Positions 27,072 through 36,047 of a stretch of DNA of 64,000 nt are shown piece after piece. The first letter of the stretch is position 1. Each line of letters starts with the position of its first letter. Position numbers and translations under genes: made by a program. A model generated the notes under the pieces. That model ran no database searches and was not told where the DNA came from. It was given only the letters and a program-made list of their open reading frames with translations. Source of the stretch: an uncultured bacterium (GTDB taxonomy: Bacteria > Krumholzibacteriota > Krumholzibacteriia > JACNKJ01); assembly GCA_964627205.1 (NCBI GenBank), contig CAZVHI010000009.1, positions 33,735-97,734 on the forward strand, given 5' to 3'.

Positions 27072-28094
27072 CTAGTAGAGGGCCTTCACGGCGCTCCAGC
27101 TGAGCTCGGCGGTGGCGGTCGCCTGGCAGCCCACCGGCAGGGCGCCGACGAGCCCGCAGTCGTTGGCGGCCGGCGCGCAGGGCGAGTCGCTTTGAAGATA
27201 CAGGTTGCCACTGCCGAGGACGCCGCAGAACTGGGGATCCACGGAGAAGTTGCCCCGCAGGTAGCGCTGCTCGGCGACGGCGCCCGTCCAGTCGCCGCCC
27301 GCGTTGCCGAAGAGGTTGCAGCAGCCCAGCGTGATCGTGCCCTGACCGTCCTTCCAGATCGCCGCGCCCTCTTCGCTGTAGCTGACGATGCAGCAGTCCA
27401 GCTCCTGCTGCGATGTGGACTCGCAATGGATGACGGCGCCCGACGCGGCGTCGTTCTCGCTGAACGTGCAGCGGACCAGGGTGAAGTCGCCCTTCGGGCC
27501 GGAGTAGATCGCGCCGCCGTCGCTGTCCGCATGGTTGCGATAGAAGACGCAGTCGGTGGCGAGCAGGTCGGTCTCGATGAGCTTGACGCCGCCGCCGCGC
27601 CAGGCCCGGTTGTTCCGGATGACGCAGCCGGTGAGCTCGAAGCTGGACCAGCTCAGGTTCAGCCCGCCCTTCGAGTCCTCGATGATGCAGTTCCGGATCA
27701 GCAGCTGCGTGAAGACGGCGCCGATCGCCCAGCCGCCGGTGTTGCGGATGCCGATCCCGTCGATCACCGCCATCTCGGGCCAGGAAGGTATGTCGGGTCC
27801 GTCGTGGAAGTCGAGGCCGCGGCTCTCGCCCTGGCAATCGATCACGCAACGGCTCGGGTCGCCGCTCTCCGAGAGCAGATGGAGCACCTTCCGCCGGATG
27901 AGGATGTCGTGGTTGCCGGCGCCCTTGTAGACGCCGTCGGCGAGGAGAATCGTGTCGCCGCTCGCGCAGGCGTCCACGGCGGCCTGGATACTGGGAAAGA
28001 CGCCGCTTCCATTGGGCTCGAGATGATAGACAGTGGCGCCCACGACCGCGGGAACGGCCAGGATGAGGAACATCGCCAGGAGGGAAGGGCGCAT
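27072..28094 (-). CDS. Secreted right-handed beta-helix protein ending in the C-terminal motif SWSAVKALY
   Basis: Signal peptide MRPSLLAMFLILAVPAVVGA. GGAGGA RBS. Beta-helix repeats (NNRAWRGGGVKL, NHADSDGGAIYS, NDAASGAVIHC, SEEGAAIW, GNAGGDW). Ends ...ELSWSAVKALY immediately before TAG. Confidence 0.8.
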   Translation of the reverse strand: MRPSLLAMFLILAVPAVVGATVYHLEPNGSGVFPSIQAAVDACASGDTILLADGVYKGAGNHDILIRRKVLHLLSESGDPSRCVIDCQGESRGLDFHDGPDIPSWPEMAVIDGIGIRNTGGWAIGAVFTQLLIRNCIIEDSKGGLNLSWSSFELTGCVIRNNRAWRGGGVKLIETDLLATDCVFYRNHADSDGGAIYSGPKGDFTLVRCTFSENDAASGAVIHCESTSQQELDCCIVSYSEEGAAIWKDGQGTITLGCCNLFGNAGGDWTGAVAEQRYLRGNFSVDPQFCGVLGSGNLYLQSDSPCAPAANDCGLVGALPVGCQATATAELSWSAVKALY

Positions 28095-28298
28095 CTTCGT
28101 CTCCTCCACCACACGACCAAGACGAGCATAGCAGATGCGCCTTCGCTGTTCACTCTTTTCCGCGCCGGCCTCGATCGGCGAGCCAAGTCCATGTCCCACA
28201 CCGGCAAGGACGCGCCGTGACCGGTCGCCACCCTACACGACCGGGCCCTCCCCGTAGCGTCGCGGAGCCGACGGATGGATGTAAACGGCATGTAAACT

Positions 28299-28326
28299 CT
28301 CAAGCCCTTCCATGGAAGGGCTTGAG
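28299..28326. promoter_or_regulatory. Perfect 28-bp palindrome CTCAAGCCCTTCCATGGAAGGGCTTGAG in the divergent promoter region; TGTAAAC direct repeats alongside
   Basis: Read directly from the sequence. Lies ~60 bp upstream of the AKR gene start and ~200 bp upstream of the divergent beta-helix gene. TGTAAACggcaTGTAAAC at 28280-28297. Confidence 0.5.
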
Positions 28327-28386
28327 CCGCGCGCGGCGGCACCGCTAAGCTCGATCCGCCCCCAGGCGACAAGGAGCGTGGACATA

Positions 28387-29733
28387 ATGAACCCCGACGA
28401 TTTAAATCTCTCCCGCAGGAGCTTCCTCAAGACCGGCGGCGCCGCGATCGCGGGCAGTGCTCTCATCTATCCCCCGGGCTTCCGCCGAAAGAAGGAGGAG
28501 CCGAACCTCGTTCAGCGCCACCGCCTGCTTGGCAGGACGGGCTTTGAAGTCTCCGACATCAGCATGGGCGCCGCGCCCGTGAGCGACGGCAACGTCATCC
28601 GTCTCTCCTACGACCGCGGCGTAAACTACTTCGACACCGCGGAGGGCTACGGCAACGGCGCCTCCGAGCGCGCCATCGGCGAGGCCATGCCGCACATGGA
28701 TCGGGCGAAGATCTTCATCACGACCAAGCTGCTTCTCGAGCCCGAGGAAGGTGAGGACTCGATCCGCGAGCGCTTCGCGGTCTGTCTGGAGCGCATGAAG
28801 ACCGATTACGCGGACGCCCTCTTCGTCCACGACGCACAGGACATCTCCCTTGTCGCCCACGCGGGCTACCATGCGGCCGTGAAGAGCCTGAAGGCCGAAG
28901 GGCGGCTGAAGTACGCCGGCATCTCCTCCCACGGCCCGCGGGGCAGGGGCAACAGCAGCATGGACGCCGTGCTGCTCGCGGCGGCCGAGGATGGGCGCTT
29001 CGACCTGATGCTCTTCTCCTGCAACTTCCTCAACACGGAGGAGTCGGATCGAGTCGTCGAGGCGTGCAAGGAGCACTCGATCGGCACCACCGCGATGAAG
29101 ACTGTCCCCGGTTACCTCGACGTCCAGCCCTGGGACGAGGAGAATCCCTTCCAGCCCTACCTGGACTACATCGAGCGCGTGGGCGAGCAGGGCGTAGCGC
29201 GGGAGGTGGCGATCGAGCGGATCAAGTTCTGGATCGCCTCGCAGCAGGGGATCCAGAAAAGGATGACTCCCTTCGCGGAGAAGCACGGCATCGACAGCCA
29301 GGAGCGACTGCACGACGCGAGTATCCAGTGGGTGCTGAACAATCCCGACATGCACACGATCTGCGTTTCGATGCCCGACTTCGACAGCGTCCAGCGCTTC
29401 ATCGGCCTGTCGGGCACGGAGCTCAGCCTCGGCGACGCGAGCTTCTTGGAGGAGATGCGCTACGCCATCGGCGACCGCTACTGCCGCCACGGCTGCCGCG
29501 AATGCCTGGCTGCCTGCCCCGGCGAGGTGCCCGTGAGCACGATCATGCGCTACTCCTACTACTTTGCGTGGCAGAGGCGCGAGAAGTACGCCATGGGCAA
29601 GTATGCCGGGCTCGGCGACCGCAATGTCACGCGCTGCGCCGCCTGCGACGCGCCCTGCCTTGCGGCCTGCCCCCACGGCGTGCAGGTGCCGGCGAACCTG
29701 CTCCAGGCGCATGCGCTGCTGAGTCTGGCGTGA
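28387..29733 (+). CDS. Aldo/keto reductase fused to a C-terminal 4Fe-4S ferredoxin-like domain, Tat-exported
   Basis: Twin-arginine signal (SRRSFLKTGGAAIAGSAL). AKR motifs (LGRTGFEVS, NYFDTAEGYG). C-terminal Cys clusters (CRHGCRECLAACP, CAACDAPCLAACP). AAGGAG RBS. Confidence 0.8.
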   Translation: MNPDDLNLSRRSFLKTGGAAIAGSALIYPPGFRRKKEEPNLVQRHRLLGRTGFEVSDISMGAAPVSDGNVIRLSYDRGVNYFDTAEGYGNGASERAIGEAMPHMDRAKIFITTKLLLEPEEGEDSIRERFAVCLERMKTDYADALFVHDAQDISLVAHAGYHAAVKSLKAEGRLKYAGISSHGPRGRGNSSMDAVLLAAAEDGRFDLMLFSCNFLNTEESDRVVEACKEHSIGTTAMKTVPGYLDVQPWDEENPFQPYLDYIERVGEQGVAREVAIERIKFWIASQQGIQKRMTPFAEKHGIDSQERLHDASIQWVLNNPDMHTICVSMPDFDSVQRFIGLSGTELSLGDASFLEEMRYAIGDRYCRHGCRECLAACPGEVPVSTIMRYSYYFAWQRREKYAMGKYAGLGDRNVTRCAACDAPCLAACPHGVQVPANLLQAHALLSLA

Positions 29734-30590
29734 AGAGGCTCCCGGCCGCCTTCGGTCTGGCGGCCTGCCTGCTCGCCGCCATCGCGGCGTCGGCCCCCGT
29801 CGCGGCAGAGACGCCCGCCACGGCGGTCGCGTCCGAGTTTCCCGTCTTCGAGGGCTGGTCGCCTCTCGGCGAGGTCGAGGTCTTCATCCCCGACACCCTC
29901 TGGAAGCTCATCAACGGCGCCGCGGACCAGTATCTCGCCTACGGCTTCGAACGGCTGCTCTACCGCGAGCTGATCGCGGGCGAGCGGGAACTCGCAGTGG
30001 AGATCTACAACATGGGCACGCGCCTGAACGCCTACGGCATCTACCGTGCCGAATGTGGCGACGGCGCCGCGCGGCTGCCTGTCGGCGTCGAGGCCGCGCT
30101 GGCGCTCCCCCACCAGGCGCTGATGCTGGCGGGCGCGAGCTTCGTGCGACTCACCCCCCTCGCGGGCGAGCTCGACGAAGCCGCCGCGCACGCGCTTCTC
30201 GGAGAGGTAGCCAGCTTCCTCCCTGGCGATGACTCCTGGCCCGAAGAGCTGGGCTGGCTGCCGGAGCGCGGGCGTGTCGCGGGCACGGAGGGCTACACGC
30301 GCCGCGCCTACCTGGGCCTCCGCGAACTCGGTCCCTGCGTTCACGCCGACTACCGCAACGGGCACGGGCTCTTCCTCGTCCTGCCGGGCTCGCAGTACAG
30401 CGCCGAGGATCTCTGGCAGGCGTTGGCGGAAAGCTGGGAGAGTCGCCGGCACAGAGGCAGCAAGTTCCTGCTTCGCGAGATCCCCTACCGCGGCTGGGTC
30501 GGCGTCGTCGAGACGGAGCGCGGTCTGCTCGGCACTGTCGACGAAGTCGAGAAGCGCCTGCTCGCGCGCCTGCGGGATCTGTCCCGCTGA
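29730..30590 (+). CDS. Putative lipoprotein of unknown function
   Basis: GTG start overlapping the AKR stop (GTGA). Signal/lipobox VKRLPAAFGLAAC. No recognised domain. The ORF-track extension upstream of 29730 overlaps the AKR gene in another frame and was discarded. Confidence 0.55.
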   Translation: MKRLPAAFGLAACLLAAIAASAPVAAETPATAVASEFPVFEGWSPLGEVEVFIPDTLWKLINGAADQYLAYGFERLLYRELIAGERELAVEIYNMGTRLNAYGIYRAECGDGAARLPVGVEAALALPHQALMLAGASFVRLTPLAGELDEAAAHALLGEVASFLPGDDSWPEELGWLPERGRVAGTEGYTRRAYLGLRELGPCVHADYRNGHGLFLVLPGSQYSAEDLWQALAESWESRRHRGSKFLLREIPYRGWVGVVETERGLLGTVDEVEKRLLARLRDLSR

Positions 30591-30631
30591 GGGTTAATGC
30601 CATTCACCTCATTGCCGTGGAGAATACGTGG

Positions 30632-30649
30632 CGTCATCTCGAGATGACG
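30632..30649. promoter_or_regulatory. Perfect 18-bp palindrome CGTCATCTCGAGATGACG upstream of the hybrid histidine kinase gene
   Basis: Read directly from the sequence. Lies ~95 bp upstream of ATG 30744. Confidence 0.45.
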
Positions 30650-30743
30650 GATTCTCCTTGTTGATTCCGCAGCCCAGGCGTAGCTTCGGCTGAAAGTCGA
30701 GCGGCTCCATCTTCGCGATCTCCGACAGCCAGAGGTGATCCGC

Positions 30744-32414
30744 ATGACCAACCCGTTGCTGCTCATCGAGCGCAAAGACAAGATCGTCCTGATCTCGCTC
30801 CTCGCCCTGATGACCCTGATTGCGAGCATACCCTTCGGATTCAGCGCGCTCAACATCATCAGCCACTTGCTTGCCCGCAGCATCGCCACGATCTCGTTCC
30901 TGCCCTTCGGCGTGGCTCTCCTGTACATCAGCATGAAGATGCGTCACCTGCGCCTGCTGCGCCGGCTCATGTTCGCGGGCATGATCATCATGCCTATTGC
31001 GAGGATCCTGCAGGCGCTCCTGATGTGGCGCGTACCCCATCCGGGCACGACGGGGGACATCTTGCCCGCCATCGCCTTCAGCGGCCTCGAGATGGCGACG
31101 ATGACCGGGATATCGATCCTGTTCTTTGCCGTCTTCACCGCTCTGCTCATTGCCGACCGCAGCCAGGACAAGCTCGAGAAGGAGGTCGCCGAGCGCCGCG
31201 AAGCGGAGCGGAAGGTCCGCGAGCAGTCCGCGGCGCTGGCGGACGCCGTCGCCAGAACCAAGGCGGCGAGCCAGGCCAAGAGCGAGTTCGTGGCCCATAT
31301 GAGCCACGAGATCCGCACGCCCTTCTGCGGTGTGCTCGGCATGACCGAGCTCGCCTACGATCTCGCCGAGAACGAAGAGCAGCGGGAGTACTTAAGCACG
31401 GCCCGCCAATCGGCCGAGTCCCTGCTGATGCTGATCGAACACGTGCTCGACCTCTCCAAGATCGAATCCGGCAAGCTCGCGCTGGAGGAGAGGGAGTTCG
31501 ACCTCCTCCCCATCCTGGAGGAGACCCTGAGCATCCTTCGCCCCCAGGCCGCCGGCAAGGGCCTCAATCTCCGCTTCGAATCCGAGGGCGATCTGCCGGA
31601 GCGAATCATGAGCGATCCCTTGCGTCTCCGCCAGGTGCTCCTCAACCTCCTCGGCAACGCCGTCAAGTTCACCGCGGAAGGCGAAGTGGTCCTGCACGTG
31701 TCCGTCGGACCGCGCCTTGGTGAAGAGGTTCCCCTCTCGATCAAGGTCCGGGACACGGGTATTGGACTGGCGCCGGAGCAGCTGACGCGGATCTTCGAGC
31801 CCTTCTACCGAGCGGAAGACTCGAGCCCGGGGAAGACGGGCGGCACGGGCCTCGGCCTGGCGATCAGCGCGAAGATCGTCGAGCTGCTCGGGGGGAGCCT
31901 CGAGGCGGAGAGCCACGAGGGAGAGGGCAGCGTCTTTCGCTTCACCTTCACGACCCGGATCGCGGATCCGGCGCCATTCGCCACCGAGGGTGAAGACGAT
32001 CGCTCGGTCCTATCGTTGCCGCGTCCACTGCATGTGCTCCTGATCGAGGATAATCCCGTCAACCAGAAGGTGGTAGCGAAGCTGCTCGAGAAGGAAAACC
32101 ACGAGGTCTTGATCGCGAGCGACGGCCGGGAGGGCCTGGCGCGTGTCAACGATGAGATCGATCTCGTGTTGATGGACATCCAGATGCCCGAGCTGGATGG
32201 CATCGCGGCCACGCGTGCCATCCGGGAGCGCGAAAAGGGTACGGGTCGGCATGTGCCGATCCTCGCCCTCACAGCGGGCGTCCTCACCGACGAGCGCGAA
32301 CGCTGCTTCGAGGCGGGCATGGACGCCTTCCTCTCCAAGCCCGTCACCCGCCGCAACCTGCTCGCCGGCATCAAGAGCGCCCTGGACTCCTTGTCCGAGA
32401 CGGCGTCGAACTGA
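30744..32414 (+). CDS. Hybrid sensor histidine kinase / response regulator (membrane sensor, HisKA-HATPase-REC)
   Basis: N-terminal TM region. H-box SEFVAHMSHEIRTP. G-box GTGLGLAISAKIVE. C-terminal receiver (VLLIEDNPVNQKV...VLMDIQMPELDG). Confidence 0.85.
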   Translation: MTNPLLLIERKDKIVLISLLALMTLIASIPFGFSALNIISHLLARSIATISFLPFGVALLYISMKMRHLRLLRRLMFAGMIIMPIARILQALLMWRVPHPGTTGDILPAIAFSGLEMATMTGISILFFAVFTALLIADRSQDKLEKEVAERREAERKVREQSAALADAVARTKAASQAKSEFVAHMSHEIRTPFCGVLGMTELAYDLAENEEQREYLSTARQSAESLLMLIEHVLDLSKIESGKLALEEREFDLLPILEETLSILRPQAAGKGLNLRFESEGDLPERIMSDPLRLRQVLLNLLGNAVKFTAEGEVVLHVSVGPRLGEEVPLSIKVRDTGIGLAPEQLTRIFEPFYRAEDSSPGKTGGTGLGLAISAKIVELLGGSLEAESHEGEGSVFRFTFTTRIADPAPFATEGEDDRSVLSLPRPLHVLLIEDNPVNQKVVAKLLEKENHEVLIASDGREGLARVNDEIDLVLMDIQMPELDGIAATRAIREREKGTGRHVPILALTAGVLTDERERCFEAGMDAFLSKPVTRRNLLAGIKSALDSLSETASN

Positions 32415-32469
32415 AGTGAGAGGCCGCTCCAGTCGTTGAGCTTATCTGTTTGCCCCCAATCGATCCTAG

Positions 32470-34023
32470 CTAGCGCTGCCCCAGCTCGTCTGCGGAAGCC
32501 GCGACGATCCGGAACTTGCGCGAGCGCTCGACCCGGCAGCGCTCCGGTATGATGGCCCAGAGGCGGCAGGATTCGTCGGTCACGGTCACCGAGAGCTTGT
32601 AGTCCCCCGGCACGAGCTGCGACGTGTCGATCACGAGGCTGCTGGCGGCCGTGTTCCCCTCGGACCTCCCGTAGAAGATAGAGCTCATCCCCCGCTTCCC
32701 CTGGCCCTCGCCCTCGATGGAATAGCGCAGCATGTACTCCGCTCGGCCGCGGCGGCCCGTCCTCAGGCCGTAGACCTCGTAGTAGAACGCCAGCTTCATC
32801 CCCCTCCGATAGCTGGCCACGGGATGGGGGAAGCCAAGCAGTTGCTCCCACGGGTCGACCGGATCGGGATAACCGTCCGCCCGGAAGAGGGAGATGTCGC
32901 TGAGGGCCAGCGAATCGGGGCGGAAGCGCGGCGCCACGACCTTGCGCGAGACGATCTGCTCGCCCTCGCCCCAGGCATCCCGCAGGTGAAAGGTGAGATC
33001 GTAGGAACCGGGCGCCACGGTCTGCTCGATCAGGCCCGAGAGCAACGCGAGCTGCCCCTCGTCCCGAGCGCTCGCCTTGACGGCCTGCTCCTCCCTGCGG
33101 ACGACACGCTCGCGCGTCACCGGGTCCACGAGGGCGAGCGCCTGCTGCAGCTTCCGCACTTCGCCGCCGGCGGAATCCGCGCGCGCGGCGAGCTCGTCTC
33201 CCCGGAGCTGGTAGTAGACGCGCAGGAGCGAAGCGCCCTCCACCTCGCCGGGATCCGCGCGGAAGAAGTCCAGCGACACGGCAACCCAGAGCGGCGCGCC
33301 CTCGAGTTCATGCACGTAGCGCTCCGCGCCGGCCTCGTCCGCGATCTCGTAGTTCTCGAGCATGACGAGCGCTTCTTTGACGCTGCCCGCGAGCGCGTAG
33401 AAAAGCGACTCCCTCGCCCGCGGCATGCCGGCGGGCATGAAGACACCGCTGTTGGCGAAGCTCTGGAAGCCGAGGATCATGTCGTCGACACGCCAGACCT
33501 CGACGGGCGGCTCGTAGCTGTTGCCCGTGACCTCGGCCTCCGCGGCGAGCACTCTCTCCGGCTGTCCGAAGCGGATCAGCGCGCGGCCCCGCGCGTCGTA
33601 GTGGGGCGGCCTGGGGCTCGCGTAGAGGCTCCGCGCCAGAACCAGGCGCTCGCGATGGTCCTCCTCGCGCTCGTTGCGCTCCGTGGTCGGCAGCGGGTCC
33701 CGCCGCCGCCAGAACTCGTTCCGCCAGGCCGCGAGTCCGACGAGGTCAGCCACCTCTTGCAGTGCCGCCAGCTCCGCGGGCTTCATCAGCGCTTCCAGAT
33801 CGTTCCAGGCAAGCTGGAGGCCGGCGGTCAGCGAGTCGGAGCGAGTCGAGTCGGCGGGAAAGCAGGGGTGCTCGTAACGCGGCACGTAGGGACGTCCCTC
33901 CCGCAGCGCCCGGTTGAGCTCGTGGATCTCGGGTCCGCAGGCTCCGGCGAACAGGAGAAGCGGAACGATGGCCGCTTCGATCGTAGCGCGTGGCCGATTC
34001 CTACCGATAGCACGGCAGCTCAT
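32470..34023 (-). CDS. GWxTD-domain lipoprotein
   Basis: Lipobox LLLFAGAC. Region ...HYDARGRALIRFGQPE resembles the GWxTD signature. Only the C-terminal 517 aa of the 1016-aa ORF-track entry is real; the rest is a shadow ORF. Confidence 0.65.
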   Translation of the reverse strand: MSCRAIGRNRPRATIEAAIVPLLLFAGACGPEIHELNRALREGRPYVPRYEHPCFPADSTRSDSLTAGLQLAWNDLEALMKPAELAALQEVADLVGLAAWRNEFWRRRDPLPTTERNEREEDHRERLVLARSLYASPRPPHYDARGRALIRFGQPERVLAAEAEVTGNSYEPPVEVWRVDDMILGFQSFANSGVFMPAGMPRARESLFYALAGSVKEALVMLENYEIADEAGAERYVHELEGAPLWVAVSLDFFRADPGEVEGASLLRVYYQLRGDELAARADSAGGEVRKLQQALALVDPVTRERVVRREEQAVKASARDEGQLALLSGLIEQTVAPGSYDLTFHLRDAWGEGEQIVSRKVVAPRFRPDSLALSDISLFRADGYPDPVDPWEQLLGFPHPVASYRRGMKLAFYYEVYGLRTGRRGRAEYMLRYSIEGEGQGKRGMSSIFYGRSEGNTAASSLVIDTSQLVPGDYKLSVTVTDESCRLWAIIPERCRVERSRKFRIVAASADELGQR

Positions 34024-34271
34024 GGGCGGAGTCCCTCCTCGATCAGCGAACTCTTCTTCGTATCCGAGGGGGAAGTCAGCGGAGGAAAGGTAGCGACCCG
34101 GCGCCGCATGAGACAAACGCAGCCAGAGGAAGCGGGCGGAGGCTTGACCGCTTGGGCGAAGCGGCGATTCCCATGCCGATTTCGTCACGTGAGAAAACAC
34201 GGCCGGGTTTCCACGTGGAAACCCGGCCGTTCGTGCGCCTGCCGTCGCGATCGAGCGCGCCTGCGCCCGCG

Positions 34272-35822
34272 CTAGAAAGCCGCGAGCTCGCCCACCTCCG
34301 ACTCCACCGCGTCGAGGATCTCGCAGGCCTTTACCGCGGCGAGCATCTCGTTGTGGTCCTTGTAGAGCGGCCGGTCGATGTCCAGGAACTCCACGCGCTC
34401 GCGCACCGCCGCCTTCGCGGCCAGGGTGCCGCGGCCCGGCGTGTAGTCCCGGAAGTCCAGCGCCTGGGCTGCAGCCATCAGCTCGATACCCAGCACGCCG
34501 TAGGCCGTGTCCATGATCTGCCGCGTCTTCAGCGAGGAGTTCATGCCCATGGACACGAAGTCCTCCTGGTCGGCGGCGGCGGGAATCGACTGGTGGTAGG
34601 CCGGCGTGGAGAGGATCTTCTGCTCGACCACCTGCATGTCGGCCGTGTACTGGCTCAGCATCAGCCCGCTGAACATGCCCGCGCCCTTCGTCAGGAAGGC
34701 GGGCAGGCCCACGCTGAGCGCGGGATTGGTGAGCCGGTTCAGGCGCCGCTCGCTCAGCGCGCAGATCGTGGTGATCGCTCCGCCCATGTGATCGATGGGC
34801 ATGCTCACGGGTGTGCCCTGGAAGTTGGCGCCGGTGAGCACTACCCCGTCCTCGGGCAGGAAGATGGGGTTGTCGCCCACGCCGTTGGCCTCGATCTCCA
34901 GCTGCTCGCGGGTCCAGCGGAGCTGATCGCGCACGGCGCCGTGCACCTGCGGAGTCGAGCGCATGGAGTAGGCATCCTGCACCTTGACCTCCTCCTTGCC
35001 CGTCAGCAGGTCGGAGCCGTCGATGACCCGGCGGATGTTGGCCGCGCTGGTCACCGCGCCTCGGAAGCCGCGCAGACTGTGCAAGCGCTCGTCGTAGGGC
35101 TTCATGTTGGCCTTGAGCGCCTCGAGGGTCATGGCGGCGGCGATGTCCGCCTGCCTCAGCCAGCGCTCGGCGTCGTGCAGGGTGAGGATACCGATGGCGT
35201 TGAGCAGGTTGGAGCCGTTGATGGTGGCCAGCCCGTCGCGGGCCTCCAGGCCCGGCACCGGGATACCCGCGATCTCGAAGGCGCGCGCGGTGGGCATGCG
35301 CTCGCCATCGACGAAGCACTCGCCCTCGCCCATCATGCAGAGGGCGATCTGGCTCATGGGCGAGAGGTCGCCGCAGGCCCCCACCGAACCCTTCGTGCAG
35401 ACCACCGGCGTGACCTGCCGGTTCAGCATCTCGATCAGCGTGCCGGTGATCTCCGGACGGCAACCCGAGTGGCCGTTGGCGTGGACGTTCGTGCGCAGCA
35501 GCATGCCCGCCCGCACCCACTCCTTCTGCATGGGCTCGCCGATGCCGGCAGCATGGTTGTAGATGAGATAGCGCTGGAAATCGCGGACCTGATCGTCGTC
35601 GAGCACCACCGAGGCCAGCTCGCCGATCCCGGTGTTCACGCCGTACATGATCTCCCGCGCCTCGATGCGCTCCTCGATGAACGCGCGGCAGACCTTGATT
35701 CGCTCGATGGCTTCGGGGTGGAGCTGGACTTCCTCGCCGTGGCGGGCGACGGCCACGATGGACTCGACCTTCAGGTCGCTGCCTGTGATGGTGATGGGCA
35801 CCTCTGACCTCCGGGCAGACAT
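34272..35822 (-). CDS. hutH: MIO-dependent aromatic amino-acid ammonia-lyase (histidine ammonia-lyase family; HAL/TAL/PAL), with Ala-Cys-Gly in place of Ala-Ser-Gly
   Basis: Aligns with HAL around the MIO motif (KGSVGACGDLSP vs canonical GSVGASGDLAP). ~516 aa. No hutU/hutI neighbour, so substrate is uncertain. Confidence 0.75.
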   Translation of the reverse strand: MSARRSEVPITITGSDLKVESIVAVARHGEEVQLHPEAIERIKVCRAFIEERIEAREIMYGVNTGIGELASVVLDDDQVRDFQRYLIYNHAAGIGEPMQKEWVRAGMLLRTNVHANGHSGCRPEITGTLIEMLNRQVTPVVCTKGSVGACGDLSPMSQIALCMMGEGECFVDGERMPTARAFEIAGIPVPGLEARDGLATINGSNLLNAIGILTLHDAERWLRQADIAAAMTLEALKANMKPYDERLHSLRGFRGAVTSAANIRRVIDGSDLLTGKEEVKVQDAYSMRSTPQVHGAVRDQLRWTREQLEIEANGVGDNPIFLPEDGVVLTGANFQGTPVSMPIDHMGGAITTICALSERRLNRLTNPALSVGLPAFLTKGAGMFSGLMLSQYTADMQVVEQKILSTPAYHQSIPAAADQEDFVSMGMNSSLKTRQIMDTAYGVLGIELMAAAQALDFRDYTPGRGTLAAKAAVRERVEFLDIDRPLYKDHNEMLAAVKACEILDAVESEVGELAAF

Positions 35823-36047
35823 CTCGCTGCCCGAAGGGGCGGCGAGACGCACAAAGGGATTGGGTTCATCACTCCCGCCCTCCCCGCTGCAACCGGAGGC
35901 CCGGTCCGCGTGCCCCCAATTATGCCTCTGGAAGGGTGGAGCGCAATGCCCGGAGCCCTTCGACTTGCCGGCATTCTTCCGGGTGCGCGGTGGCAGCACC
36001 GTGGGCGGCGTGCGATGTCCAGCGGCGTGGGATGTCTAGCGGGGGGA

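Noticed and set aside
25360-27849. N-terminal 260-aa extension of the FG-GAP gene and the 29064-30590 extension of the lipoprotein gene
   Set aside because: The extensions overlap the upstream genes in other frames and are low-complexity. Internal starts (ATG 27069, GTG 29730) give proper signal peptides and tight gene coupling.
32470-35520. 1016-aa ORF-track entry
   Set aside because: It is a chimera. Only the C-terminal 517 aa (32470-34023, GWxTD lipoprotein with lipobox) is coding-like. The N-terminal part overlaps the ammonia-lyase gene, which lies in a different frame and has strong homology.
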